Position numbers and translations under genes: made by a program
Notes under the pieces: model-generated
Database searches by the model: none
What the model saw: the letters and a program-made list of their open reading frames with translations, nothing else
What the model was told of the DNA's origin: nothing
Shown here: piece after piece, positions 25,184-38,200 of the stretch
Layout: every line of letters begins with the position of its first letter
Position numbering within the stretch: position 1 is the first letter of the stretch
DNA from: Amphiscolops sp. MND2022
Lineage: Eukaryota
Reading direction: 5' to 3'
Length of the DNA stretch: 64,000 bases
Assembly (NCBI GenBank): GCA_964187785.1
Contig: OZ076409.1
Span: 91,824,001-91,888,000 of the forward strand

Positions 25184-25633
25184 CTATGTTGCGTTTGTAG
25201 GTTGGTTCTTGTCATGAACGTGACGGGCTGATGGTCCACCCGGTCGATATCCATCATGTTGTTCATTTCTGCAGTCGGCTTTAGCGTTTGAAATTCGCTG
25301 TTCCCCGGCATTTGCTTCCGGTCTCTCAACTGGGACTTCCCATCCCCTTCTGGTCTCTCGGCCTGATCCGGCCATTATGACATTCTGTATTTGAGGCAAT
25401 ACTTGACTACTAATAGCTTCATTAATGGCCCTTTGGATCAGCGTATCAACATTACTCATCATTTCAACCATCTCACGGGATATCCTAGAGTTCAATTCAC
25501 TAGACAACCTGTTTATCTCAGCTAGTGAGTTTGCTTCAGCTGAGTTTTGACCAAGGTCGGCACTTGTCCTAGGTTCATCATTTCTACAATTTGAAAACAG
25601 GCTTTCGCCCTCGTTGTCTAAGTTATTACTCAT
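25184..25633 (-). CDS. 149-aa open frame running into the gap; probable LTR-retroelement 5' (gag-side) coiled-coil ORF
   Basis: Uninterrupted ORF SLAEINRLSSELNSRISREM...RAINEAISSQVLPQIQ; similar to 20403-20760; no enzymatic motif. Confidence 0.4.
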   Translation of the reverse strand: MSNNLDNEGESLFSNCRNDEPRTSADLGQNSAEANSLAEINRLSSELNSRISREMVEMMSNVDTLIQRAINEAISSQVLPQIQNVIMAGSGRETRRGWEVPVERPEANAGEQRISNAKADCRNEQHDGYRPGGPSARHVHDKNQPTNAT

Positions 25634-25645
25634 GACACTTTCTCT

Positions 25646-25845
25646 NNNNNNNNNNNNNNNNNNNNNNNNNNNNNNNNNNNNNNNNNNNNNNNNNNNNNNN
25701 NNNNNNNNNNNNNNNNNNNNNNNNNNNNNNNNNNNNNNNNNNNNNNNNNNNNNNNNNNNNNNNNNNNNNNNNNNNNNNNNNNNNNNNNNNNNNNNNNNNN
25801 NNNNNNNNNNNNNNNNNNNNNNNNNNNNNNNNNNNNNNNNNNNNN
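25646..25845. other. Assembly gap (200 N)
   Basis: Run of n; the round size suggests a scaffolding join of unknown true length. Confidence 0.99.
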
Positions 25846-27522
25846 CTTCAACAATTTTTTTGAGATGTTTTCAAACGGTTCTGTAATCATCACTTAAATT
25901 TCCATCATCAAGGTACCATAAGTTTAATTTCGACTCCAACTGTCGATCAGATCCTGAATGGAATCCGAAAATAAAACTGGAGACTCAGGATCTCCTTGCC
26001 GGGTCCCTTCACAAGATTTCATTTTTGAATCACCGTAAAGAAGGAAACTTGGTTGACTGTACGCTGAGTGTGAGTACTTATAAACTTCAGGGGGTATTTC
26101 AAAGTTTTTTTCTAGCATGAATTGTTGGTTTATCGAATTGAAAGCGTTTTCAAAGTCAATTTTCAAAATAACGTTTTCCTCGGGCTGGGGGTTTTCTATA
26201 AAACAACGGAAAACATATGAGGCCAATTCAGCGCCCCTTTTGGTGCCAACACCTACTTATCAATTTCCATATCTTGCTTGACGTGATTCGAAGACATGGT
26301 ATCGGCACATTTAGCAGACAACCGGCGGAAAGTATTGCCTACAGCGATAGGACGAAGTCCTCCATTGTGCTTTTTTTAACGCATTTAGTTTCGCACCAAA
26401 GGAGTGCGGCCGAAGTTCGAAAGGTACTTTTCCTTCGAGAATCACATTCACAAGATTTGTTAAGGCTCTGAGAAAATTCAGTCCAGTTTGCCCGTTCAAC
26501 TTGGCAGTCAAATTTTTCAGTAAATGGGGCGAAACGCCATCCAACCCTGAACTAGAGCCGTTGGGGAAGGACGTGAGAGCCTTGTGGACAAAAAAAGACT
26601 GCGGATGTTTCAGTTCGAGGGCTGCGTAGTTGTCGAAAGTGAAATCTGCAATCTTGTCGTGGCCTACTGCCATTCTGATACCGGCCTTGATATTACCTTC
26701 GTCTAATTTAGTGCAAATGGGACGCAGTCGTCGATCTAACTCGCGTTTTTGCTGCGGTTTTCTGTCGCGTTTCGGTTTTTCTCAATGACACGACACAGAA
26801 TAGGCTCATTGATAATTGCACTGAGTTATGACCTCTGACGTTTGTCTCCTCGATGTGGATTTTCCAAAAAACAGCTTAGAGAGGAAAGTAAAATGCACCA
26901 CAAGGCGAAATTTGACGGGGTTTTACAAATATCCTTAGTTTTGGTTATCAAGTTTTCAGCTAGGTATTTTTTAGGATTTTTCAAGAACTCCTATTAAGTG
27001 AACAAGGCCTGAAATAAAAAAGGTGTCTGGTCTAAAGTTATCATCGTGATCCTGAGGGTTTGTGTTCACTAAAGAACGCCTACAACTTTTGAGTTCGGCA
27101 AGGCTCCTGCCTCCTTTCTTGATAAATTGACGCATTTTATATGAACCCATCTGTTGCAAAGCCTACAATTTAACCAGTCTATCAACCCTGGGGGTTTCAG
27201 ACACTTCACAGCGTTGCAGGTTTTGTTGTTTCTCGTCACAACTCAATATCGATACCTTACAAATTGCAGGAATGCCGTATTTGGATGTGTGTCAACCTCC
27301 CCAAAAAACTATCACAACAGAGGAGCAATCCGTATATGGTTCAAAACCTTGAATTGAGAAAATGGAATATAAATGGAATTGTCTCACCGGCTTGTGATGG
27401 TTCTTCCAGCACAATGGCAGCGACTAACCAACAAAACAGTGTCAGAGATGTTGTCCTGTTGTCTCAAATTCAAATCATTGCCATCTCTGAAGCTATTCAA
27501 CAAGCCCATCACAACAATTAGG
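25846..27522 (-). mobile_element. CRE-clade non-LTR retrotransposon, left palindrome arm (PHD finger + RT), cut by the gap
   Basis: SFPNGSSSGLDG, GAKLNALKK, LKIDFENAFNSI, GTRQGDP, then WYLDDG at ~25900-25922 after a frameshift. Confidence 0.88.
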
Positions 27523-27559
27523 CTTGGGGAAAGGCGAAGTTTAACGTTTCTAAAGTTAG

Positions 27560-30397
27560 CCAAATTAATGTTATGGGCTTCTTGAATAGCTTCAAAGATG
27601 GCAATGATTTGAATTTGAGACAACTGGGCAACATTTCTGACGCTGTTTTGTTGGTTTGTCGCTGCAATTGGGCTGGAAGAACCATCACAACCCGTTGAGA
27701 CAATTCCATTTATATTCCATTTTAACAATTCAAGGTTTTGAACCATATACGCATTGCTTTTCTGTTGTGATAGTTTTTTGAGGAGATTGACACACATCCA
27801 AATACGGCATTCCTGCAATTTGTAAGGTATCGATATTGAGTTGTGACGAGAAACAACAAAACCTGCAACGCTGTGAAGTGTCTGAAACCCCCAGGGTTGA
27901 TAGACTGGTTAAATTGTAGGCTTTGCAACAGATGGGTTCATATAAAATGCGTCAATTTATCAAGAAAGGAGGCAGGAGCCTTGCCGAACTCAAAAGTTGT
28001 AGGCGTTCTTTAGTTAACACAAACCCTCAGTATCACGATTATAACTATAGACCAGACACCTTTTTTAATTCAGGCCTTTTTCGCTTAAAAGGAGTTCTTA
28101 AAAATTCCTTAAAAACACCTAGCTGAAAACTTGATACCCAAAGCTAAGGATATTTGTAAATCCCCGTCAAATATTGCCATGTGGTGCATATTGCTCTCCT
28201 CTCTAAGTTGTGTTTTGAGAAATCCACCTCGAGGAGGCAAACGTTAGAGATCATATCTCAATACACTTATCAATGAGCGTCTTCGGGATGGTGTCATTGA
28301 GAAAAAACCAAAAGGCGACAAGAAATCGCAGCAGAAAAGCAAGCTAGATCGACGACTGCGTTCCCTTTGCATTAAATTAGACGAAGGTAATGTTAAGGCC
28401 GGAATCAGAATGGCAGTAGCCAACGACAAGATCGCAGAATTCACGGTCGACAACTACAGGGCCCTCAAGCTGGAACATCTGCAGAAGGAATCTTGCTCTG
28501 TTCCCACATATCGATGGTTTTTCAACCTTGGAGTCTTTTGTCCGCAACCGCATGTCCTTCCACAACGGCTCTAGTACAAACTGGATGAAAATTCTCCCCA
28601 AGTTTTGGAAGATTTGACTGCCAAGTCGAACAGGAAAACTAAACTGAAGTTTTTCAGTGCCCTAACTAATCTTGTTAATGTGATTATCGAAGAAGCTTTC
28701 GAACTTCGACCGTACTTCTTTGGTGCGAAAGTACTTGTGGTTAAAAAAAGCCCGATGGAGGACTTCAACCTATCGCTGTAAGCAATACCTTCTGCCTGTT
28801 GTCCGCAAAATGTGCTGGATACCATGTCTTCGAGTCACGTCGAGCAAGATGCGGAAGTCGACTAGTATGTGTAGGCACCAAAAGGGGACTGAATTGACCT
28901 CACATGTTTTCCGTTGCTTGATAGAAGCCCTCATCCCAAAGAAAACTCTGGACTTAAAATTAAACCTACGAAATATGAAGTTTTTTCCTTGTTGAAATCA
29001 CTAAAAAACGACAATCGACAATTCTAGCATGTTTCAAAAACTTTGCCCCGGGATCAAAACACAAAAGAAAGATGAACTTATCATTCTTGGTTCACTGCTC
29101 GGCCCGAAGTCACAAGCAGACTTATTGGAAAAGCAATTTATTGAGCTGGAACATATAATGGAATTGGTGAAAAACTAGATGCGCATTATGGTTTTTTATG
29201 TTGAAAAATTGCTTCAGTCTACCATATTTGTTGTTTTTCCTGAGAACCAGTACATGTTTTAATCATCCAGCTCTCTTAGAAAGGTATGACAAAACCTTGC
29301 GCGACGGCTTTCCAAAGTGTGTAACTTGAAATTCGACGATGTTTAGAGTACTCAGCTGGCTCTGCCCGCTGAAATGGGTGGTCTTGGGGTTTCATCCGCA
29401 TCATTTTTAGCACTTCCCTTTTGTCTTTTTGTCCTCAGCTTTTGATGCGGGTCACTTTATCACGACGATTGTCTCGGAAATATTCGAAGATGTTACTTTC
29501 ACAAAAGCGCTTGGGAAATGGTTGAGTTTGACGAATGGGCAGGAACGTCTTTTTGATGGAACCCTGAAAACTTGTACAGAAAACATGTCTACGTCAAAAC
29601 AACAAAGATTCACTTTCTAGAATGGATGACAAACGGTCGAAAGTTTTTGACGCTCATCAAAGCAAATTCTGGTCTCAATGGCTCAACGTTGTTCATTGCA
29701 AGAATCTAGGTTTGAAACTTGATGATCAGCAGCTTCGGATTTCAGTTGGTTTGCGTCTCGGGCCAATATCTGTGTTGCGCATACGTGCCACTGTGGTAAA
29801 AGAGTTGAACGGGACGGTTCACACGGTCTTTTTTGCACCAAGAGTGCTGATCGCTTCTCACGTCATGCTACTCTCAAATCTCTCATAAAGCAGACGTTGG
29901 AATCTCTCGACTTGCCTTAATGCTCGAACCGCATAGACTGTAACGAACCGATGGCAACCGCCCAGACGGTGTTTTCATGATTCCGTGGGAAATGGGTAAA
30001 CTGCTGGCGTGGGATGTCACTGTTGTGGATGCTCTTGCACCCAGTCGCGTGAATCAAGACTCTTTATGTAACCCAGGAACCACCGCCACCGCAGCTGAAG
30101 CGCGTAAAATTGAGAAGTAGCGCGAATTAATAGACAATGGATATATTTTTCAACCGATGGCCTTGGAAGTACAGTGTTCTTCGGGCTAGAGCAGTGAATT
30201 TTCCATCACGCGTCTCTGTAAAAAACTCTGTCGTTTGCACGACAATCATCCACTGGCAGCGGCGGATTTCAATGGTTCTTCAGATGGGCAATGCGGCCTG
30301 TGTTCTAGGAACTGTGAGCGACAGAGATGAGATCGAAGAAATTTATTACATTTAGCTTTTTTTTTAAAACCTGTATATCATTGCAGTTTTAAAAAAA
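27560..30397 (+). mobile_element. CRE-clade non-LTR retrotransposon, right arm (PHD, RT with central deletion, CCHC + REL endonuclease, A-tail)
   Basis: CNAVKC..DWLNCRLCNRWVHIKC (PHD); MGGLG; CHCG..DGSHGLFC..RH; RPDG..PW..GK.LAWDVTVVD..AEARK; ends EEIYYI* with an A-run at ~30391-30397; many stops and frameshifts. Confidence 0.9.
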
Positions 30398-31379
30398 GTC
30401 TACCGGTTGACTGGGATAGCGGCTAGTATGAGTAGTTTGGCGGTTGTTTTTTTCTTACTGGTCTACCGCGATAGTAGCTGGTATGGGGTTCCCTACATTC
30501 GTTGCAGACCACGGGTGTGTGTCTTCTCCCCCAACATGATGATACACATGGCACTTGTTTGATGACGAAGTCCGTGATATCTTATAGAGTAAAAAAACCT
30601 AACTTCAATATTCTCGTCCTGCCAGGTGCACTATTTGGAGACGTGAGACCCCTTTCTTACCTGTAAAAGGTCGGTACGTGCCTCGAACTGCTCCCAGGAA
30701 CATCTCCAATCTTGCGCTAGCAGCCTTCGAAGATACTCTGTCTTCTTTATTGCAGTTCCTCTCCGGCTAGGGGTAACTACGGTACCTTCTTAATTTTCTC
30801 GTAGCTATCGTCTACTCTGCTACTAACGGTACGTTCTCATGTTCCTCGTAGCAATTGTCTATGCGCTGTATTACTTCTTCTGCCTCTCATGAAGTTCAAA
30901 CCACACGACTTGCCATCGAATCCGTCTGCCGAGAAATGGAAGTGGAAATTTCGCGAGGACTGTTTACGTAACAATGGCACAACCGAACATGATCACAAAA
31001 TAGTTTTCCTTCGTACATTTGTCGGTTTGAACTATTTCACTCTTCTTGAAAGTTCTGCACCAATCGCAGACGCACTGAAAACGTTGGATAGGCACTTTCT
31101 AAAGCCCACGAGAGTGCTCTTTTCTCGTCATCAAAAGCTCAGTGACAGTCAAAGGACTACAAGGCTATCGTACAGTTTTCTGCAAGGCTCAAACGACTTG
31201 TTGAAGGCTGCGAATGCAAAAGTTTGACCGTTCAAGCACATAAAGACTATCTAGTACGAGACGCTTTAATATTGGGGCTCAGGTCTGACGACATTCGTTC
31301 TAGACTAATGGAGCTGGAAGCAGGGATCTTAATACCTCCTGAAAACAGTATTGGTATTGACCAAAATAGTACTGGTATA

Positions 31380-34300
31380 CAGCTTTTGAACTGAACAGAT
31401 TTATCATTTTCTTTTCCATTCTGGAGATATTGACTCTTTTCGTCATCAAGAATGAAGATTTTCTCATAATGTTTTCTACTTTTTCAAAGTATTGTGTGGG
31501 CCCGTTCCCTCCACAAAATTGATCGACCATCCCGGAGATACCCGTATGTATACTTAACAACTATCCCCTCAAAATGAAGGCGGCGCAATTTGCATTTCAT
31601 GCTTTATTTGTTTGTATGTTGCAATTTAAGGTTGTGGAAATTGTATGTTCCTCCGCAGATTCCATGAAAACTTTATATTACTCTGACCTTGTACAACCAA
31701 TGTCAAGTGCTTTCAATGTAATTCAAGTTAAGTGCTTCCCAAATCCATCATTTGTCACACGATGCCAGATAGCTGCCAAGCCGGCGCAGTTCATCTTTTT
31801 ATCTTTAATTTTTGCTGCGTAATTAGATGTCATTAATAACTTGTGATCACTTCGATAGAATGACACCTCAAAATTCTCGATTCTGTAAAATAGCTTATCT
31901 TATCTAGTGCAGGAATGCTTCACTCCCTCTAATAGATTCCACGTGCGATGTTTACACGAAATCAGGAGTCATGTTTGATCTCTAAATATTCATCTTTGAC
32001 TGAAAATACTCACGTATTATATTTTACCACCGGAACAATTTTTTGATGTTTAAACTAGAAGGAGGTCGTCAGCTAAATATTTGCTTCAGTGAAACTTCTC
32101 CAAGTTCAAGCCCAGGCAGTCGATATCCATTTGAGCGAGGAATAGGTATCACTAGGGTGCTTCGTTCGAGAAAAGTTGATCATTGACTGACTCTGGTGCC
32201 AAGCCTGTTCTGACACGAATGTGCGTGCAGTGGAATCCTGCAACTGGTTTTCGTCAATTTGTCCAATGGCGTTAATTTGATTGTTACGCTAGCGGTTCGT
32301 GACACTGGATCAACATTTTCTTTCGTAGACGGGGAAATAAAATCTTCGTTGGGCATTGATGGAAAGAACCTAACCCTCAGTATGGCCGTTATAACTGGCA
32401 CAAAAGACATGACAAGTGAGAAATTGTCGGTAAGAGTATCTGCGAACAATCATGACGAAATTGTGACGTTTCATGTACATCCAAATTGTACCTTGGGAAT
32501 CGCAAGTATGATTATACGCTAATCAAAGAAAAATACAAACATTTGAAGGTTTTGCTGAATGAAATTGTTGACCCACGTGATGTGAAAGTTGTCCTTGGAC
32601 ATGATAATTTCCATCTGTTTTTCCCGGTAGAATACGGAAAGGGGCAGAAAAACGAGCCTTGGGTTGTTAAAAAAACTGGGTTGGTCACTCAGTGGATCCT
32701 TGCCAAAGCACGAAATTGCACAGACCGCAATAACCTTCTCGGTCAGCGATCACGATCAGTTAGCCCACTAAAGACCAACCACGTTCAACATTGTAGAGGG
32801 TCATGTCATAGATATCAACAACGTGTATCATTGGACAGATTCGCTGACAGTGCTGCAGTGGTTCCATTCTGTACACAAGAAACAGGAGGTTTTCGTGGCA
32901 AACAGAATAGGTGAAATCCTGGACGCTTCTACAGTAGACCAATGGAGACATGTAAAAGGAACGCTGAATCCAGCTCACATTGGTACTCGAGGTGTGACAG
33001 TGTCTCAGTTGCTGGAAACCGAGTGGCTTACAGGGCCACCTTGGCTTCAGGAACCTCCGGACACCAAGCTAAAACCATCAGTCGAACCAGATGATGTCGA
33101 GACTACTTGTTTGAATCAAACAGCGGAGTCTGTTATCGACTGGATAAAGTTCAGTGACTTCAGAAAATTACTCATATTGATAGTCTACTGTTTGAGAGTC
33201 AGAAGTAGACAAAAAGACTCAATCAGCGTTGACGAAATGGAAGACGCCAAGCTTGCAGCATTACAGCTCGCTCTAAAAGAAAGATTTGGAGAGCTATTGA
33301 AATGATTGGTTCAAAATACTCAGGAATATATCCCACATAACATAAGGAAATCTGTGTACATTTGTGGATGAGGAAGGAGCAATTAGGTTGAAAGGCCGTT
33401 TGAGACTTTCTGATTTGGTCCTGCCTACACTCTGCCTGTTTACGTGCTGGACAACTCCAGGAGTTCGTATTGAAGTTGTTGAAGGCCTTGGACACAGATC
33501 CTTGCATGATGGCTTTAAAAAGATTCATGGCCAGGCGAGGAAAAAATCACACTATTGTCAGCGATAATTGTACCAACTTTTTGGGGATAGGAGGGTGCGG
33601 TGCGTGGTTTCCGTGAGATTGCGAATCAATGGAGCCAAACTCTGATTCATCAGTCGCTTGCAAAGTTATGTCTGGGAATTCAACCCTCCCGGGGCGCCAG
33701 ATTTTGAAGGCGTTTGGGAACGCCTTGTTAGAAGTTGCAAGAAAGCAATGTATTACAGCAAAAGCTCTTCTACTTTACTCGTGCTGACAACGGTTATGTG
33801 TTTAGTGGCAACACCGTGAACGCTAGCCCAATTACCCCTGTTAGTGACGATCCTAATGATTTGGAAGCTTTGACAGCGAATCATTTTTCACGTGGCCCGA
33901 GAATTATAGCTCAACAACTGTTCCCCGAGGCTTCGCGATATGTTGACTACCGCAAAATGTACAAAGTGGCACAAAACTACAGTGCAATGATTTGGCAACG
34001 ATGGTTTGAAGAGTATCTCCCACCCTACAATGCAATGTGCTGGCCAAGTGGAATCAAACAGCAAAGCAGTCCCCGGAAGTTTGAGATTTACTTTAACTAA
34101 TCGATGACGCAGTAAAGGAGCGTTTTATCAAAAAAGCTAGAGTGGTGGAAGTCAATCCCGTCGATGATGGTGTTGTACGAACTGCGAAGATCAAGATTGA
34201 AGACCGAGTGCTAAAAGGACTAGCAGTGAAGGTAACGCCTTTATTCCACGACATGAAACTAGTGTTTTCCGACATGAAACCGGTCGAGCTACGTTGGCGC

Positions 34301-35211
34301 CAGGGATTGCACATTAACTCTTAATCAGTGAATGTTGAAAAGATTTGTATCTAATGCACGAAATGGTTCCACAAATCAAAATTGCCCTTTCTGTCGCTGA
34401 TCGATATGGTCACAGCTTTCGAACTGAACAGATTTATCATTTTCTTCTTCATTCTGGAGATATTGACTCTTTTCGTCATCAAGAATGAGGATTTTCTCAT
34501 AATGTTTTCTACTTTTTCAACGTATTGTGTGGGCCCGTTCCCTCCACAAAATTGATCGACCATCCCGGAGATACCCGTATGTATAGTTAACAACTATCCC
34601 CTCGAAATGATGGCGGCGCAATTTGCATTTCATGCTTTATTTGTTTGTATGTTGCAATTTAAGGTTGTGGAAATTGTATGTTCCTCCGCAGATTCCATGA
34701 AAACTTTATATTACTCTGACCTTGTACAACCATTGTCAAGTGCTTTCAATGTAATTCAAGTTAAATGCTTCCCAAATCCATCATTTGTCACACGATGCCA
34801 GATAGCTGCCAAGCCGGCGCAGTTCATCTTTTTATCTTTAAGTTTTGCTGCGTAATTAGATGTCATTAATAACTTGTGATCACTTCGGTAGAATGACACC
34901 TCAAAATTCTCGATTCTGTAAAATAGCTTATCTTATCTAGTGCAGGAAAGCTTCACTCCCTCTAATATTTTCCACGTGCGATGTTTACACGAAATCAGGA
35001 GTCATGTTTGACATCTAAATATTCATCTTTGACTGAAAATACTCATGTATTATATTTTATCACCGGAACAATATTTTGAGGCTTAAACTATAAAGGGGTC
35101 GTTAACTAGATATTTTCTTCTCTATAACTTCTCGAAATTTACGTCTAGGCAATCGATATTGAATTGAGCGAGGTATTAGTATCACTAGGTTGCCTCGTTC
35201 GAGAAAAGTTG
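31380..35211 (+). repeat. ~800-bp direct repeats (31380-32180 and 34412-35211)
   Basis: ORFs 31574-31822 and 34607-34855 are nearly identical; both copies end GTTCGAGAAAAGTTGA. Confidence 0.92.
32220..34250 (+). pseudogene. BEL/Pao pol fragment with internal deletions
   Basis: DTGSTFSF protease; WTDSLTVLQW..FVANRIGEI..WRHVKGTLNPA (Pao RNase H); WEFNPPGAP.F.GVWERLV integrase; DDGVVRTAKIK C-terminus; RT core absent. Confidence 0.9.
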
Positions 35212-38200
35212 AGAACACAGAAATTAAAGTTAACAACACCTGGGAATGGTAGTTTGGAACTATACCATTAAATTTATTGCATGAAGTCCTTTTTTAATTG
35301 AAACTGACTTGGAGTTGTTCCCAGGCAGTACGAAACAGAGCCAGCTTGAAGCTTGAATCTGTCTTTAGGATTCGAGCAGACGTTACAACCAAAATGTTTT
35401 TATTTTCCGACCTACATTTTCAATGGGGAGGAAAATCACCATCTGTGTTGCGTTTTTTTCCAAATTCTGTCAAAACTCCACTTTGTACAACTCCACTCCA
35501 CTTACTCAGTCTCCCTGCTCAGCCTTTATCCTTCATACTGAGATGAGAATAATATCTAAAGTAAAAATGGGATTAAGATCTAAAGCAGATAAGATCTAAA
35601 ATTTCAGGACGGGAAAAATATCTAAAGGAAATAAGATCTAAAATCACTAATATTTAGATCTTTTTATTTATATACTATTCCCTTCCCAAAATAGCCATGG
35701 CTCAAGTAGTGAAAGCGAAAAGGGAGGAAAATATCCCGGTGCTTATCGGGCGTCTTTTTCAATTTCTGGGGGATTTTATGTAGCTCCAATTTGAGAGCTA
35801 TCGCTTTACGAAGCTATGGGTTTCTACCAAATACGACATTCAAATAGAAAGTATTGGTATTGAGACCTTCGGTATTGTTTTTGAGAAAACTAGTTTTGGT
35901 ATTGGTATTGGTACTGACAAACATTCGAGGTATTGGTATTGACCTCGGAAGTTGTGGCTATCGTGGTATTGGTATTGCTATCCCTGGCTGGAAGACTCCA
36001 AGGCCGATATCAATGGCTATATATCTCTTGCACGTGCTATCAAATTATCTTGTGTCTTTACGAAACCTTTTCGAAGCGCTGAATCTTCAACTCTAGCTGC
36101 GGCCAAGCTGTTCTCTCAGCTTGACGGAAGTCTGATGGATCTGGCACCCCCGCTGCCTCACAGGTCTTGAACAAGCCTTGTTCTATGCATCGCGCTGTCA
36201 GTATTGCACTGGCATTGGTCTAAAGCAGCACCCACGCTCAAAAGCCAAAATGGACACTTGTCATAAATGCTCCAAAGCAGGACACTGGGCGTCGGTATGT
36301 AGATCGACCGCTGCTGTCTTGCAACAATCGTTTGATGACGAACTCGAGACTGCCGCTGTATTGTGTAGTACTGGCCTGCCGCCTGCCAATCTAAATGTCA
36401 ACCTCAAACTTGCCGGAAGCAATGAATAAGTTCCAGCAATGATTGAAACCGGGTCCACGGGCCCATTCATCAGTGCCTCAACAGCTGCCAAAAACGTTCT
36501 GAAGGTCCGTGCGAAACGGAAAGTGACAGCCTTGGCAAATTTCGACTCCCTGGTTATGTCAGGTACCGCTCAAGCTAAAATTGAGGTAAACCAAAAGACC
36601 TTCAAATTATTTTCATCGTCGCAAAACACCTTGTTGCGGATGTTATACTCGGGCTTGACGTTCTCCGACAACATCCCTCTGTCAGACTGGTATTTGGCAA
36701 TGATCGACCAGAGCCTGTCATATGTGTCGGGCTCAATGGGTTGGTGTTTCCGGAAATGAAAATCGCCCGACAATTCTCTCCAGTTCAGTCTATAGTGCAA
36801 AACCAATCGCTACCTAATCGCGCCGTTACAAACCGCAAGACGTTGTTTTCGTGGAGTCAAAGGTTACCCGCATGCTCACTGAGCACAAAATTTAAGGTTC
36901 CACGTCTCCTTGGTGGGCACAAGCCTTTGTCGTTAGAGACGGTGGTCCCAAGCCACATATGGTGATCGACTATTTGCAACAATTAATCGCCATACGACCA
37001 AGGATGCGTTTCCCTATCCGAAATATGCAAAACCTGTTTGATCTAGCAGCTGAGAACACTATTTTCTTGAAAATTGATTTGAAGCAAGCGTATCTTCATA
37101 TCCCACTCCATGTCAAGGACATGCCATTCACTGGGTTCGAAGTAAATGGACAACTTGTTGAATTCACCAGACTTCTCTTTGGGGTTACAAATGCTGTAGC
37201 GGCATTTCAACGAGAAATGACAGCCTTTGTACGCTGGCACAACCTGAAGCGAATGCGCCCATAAATTGATGATGTGATCATCGGAGGCAGATCCGTGGAG
37301 GAACACCAAGAAAATCTGAGGAACTTCCCGAAAGCGGCCGAGATTGAGGGTCCGACGCCGAACAAAGCTAAGTGAATTTTGGCTGTGAGACAGTACCAAT
37401 GCACGGGCACACTTGGGATCTGGATCTATACGTCCGATCCGAGCCGAATCAAGACTCTGATTGATTTCCCTAACACTGAAAACTCGTCTCAGTGAAACGT
37501 TATCTTGGGTTCTTTGTGTACGACGCAAATTGGGTTGCAAATTACTGAAATAAAGTTGCTCCTCTGCTAGCAGCACAGAAACAACTGACTTTTCCTCTCA
37601 ATCAAGCTTCTACATCGGCTATCGCAACTCTCAAGCAGGAAGTAGCATCCCCCAACTCTGGTTTTCCCGGACCAACGAGCCTCTCGTTCTCCAAACCAAC
37701 CCGTCCGGAACCAACATCGGAGCGGCATTCAGTCAGGGCGACGAAACTGTCGTTTTTCTCGAGATCTTTGAGACATAACGAAATCGCGTACTCAGTTGTT
37801 GAACGGGAAACTATTGCATATTGGAATGCTTCCTCCGGAAAGCAAGCAATTTCATTTTTGGACCCAACTCTTCCAGAGTAAAAATGACAAGTTGAGTCGC
37901 TGGCGCTTAGAACTGTCGGGATACAACTTCAAAGTAAGCTATCAGAGGGGTTCTCAGAAGGTGCCAGCTGACGGCCTGTCTCAATCAGCAACGATACAGC
38001 CCAGCTGTAGAACCCTACCCGAGACACTTGAGCATTCGGGAGTGGCCCTACTGTACGAGTACATTCAAAGGCACAACGTCCCAAGATCTTTGGATGAGGT
38101 GAAGAAAGAACTGCGAAACGTGCGCTTTATGGAAACCGCGCTTTTAGCGGCCGCCCGGCAGCGATCTTATCCGATCCTTCAAACCTTGGGAGCGACTATT

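Larger units (their letters stand above)
31321..35986. mobile_element. hAT-type TIR element (4666 bp) with perfect 8-bp TSD and nested or captured cargo
   Basis: Ends CAGGGATCTTAATACC / GGTATTGCTATCCCTG; TSD GCTGGAAG at 31313-31320 and 35987-35994; GTATTG subterminal repeats at both ends. Confidence 0.9.

Noticed and set aside
25614..25893. ORFs spanning X residues
   Set aside because: Artefacts of the N gap; adjacency across the gap is not assured.
31380..35211. Direct repeats as LTRs of the enclosed BEL fragment
   Set aside because: No clear TG...CA ends, PBS or PPT; gag is missing; similarity to a BEL LTR is not evident.
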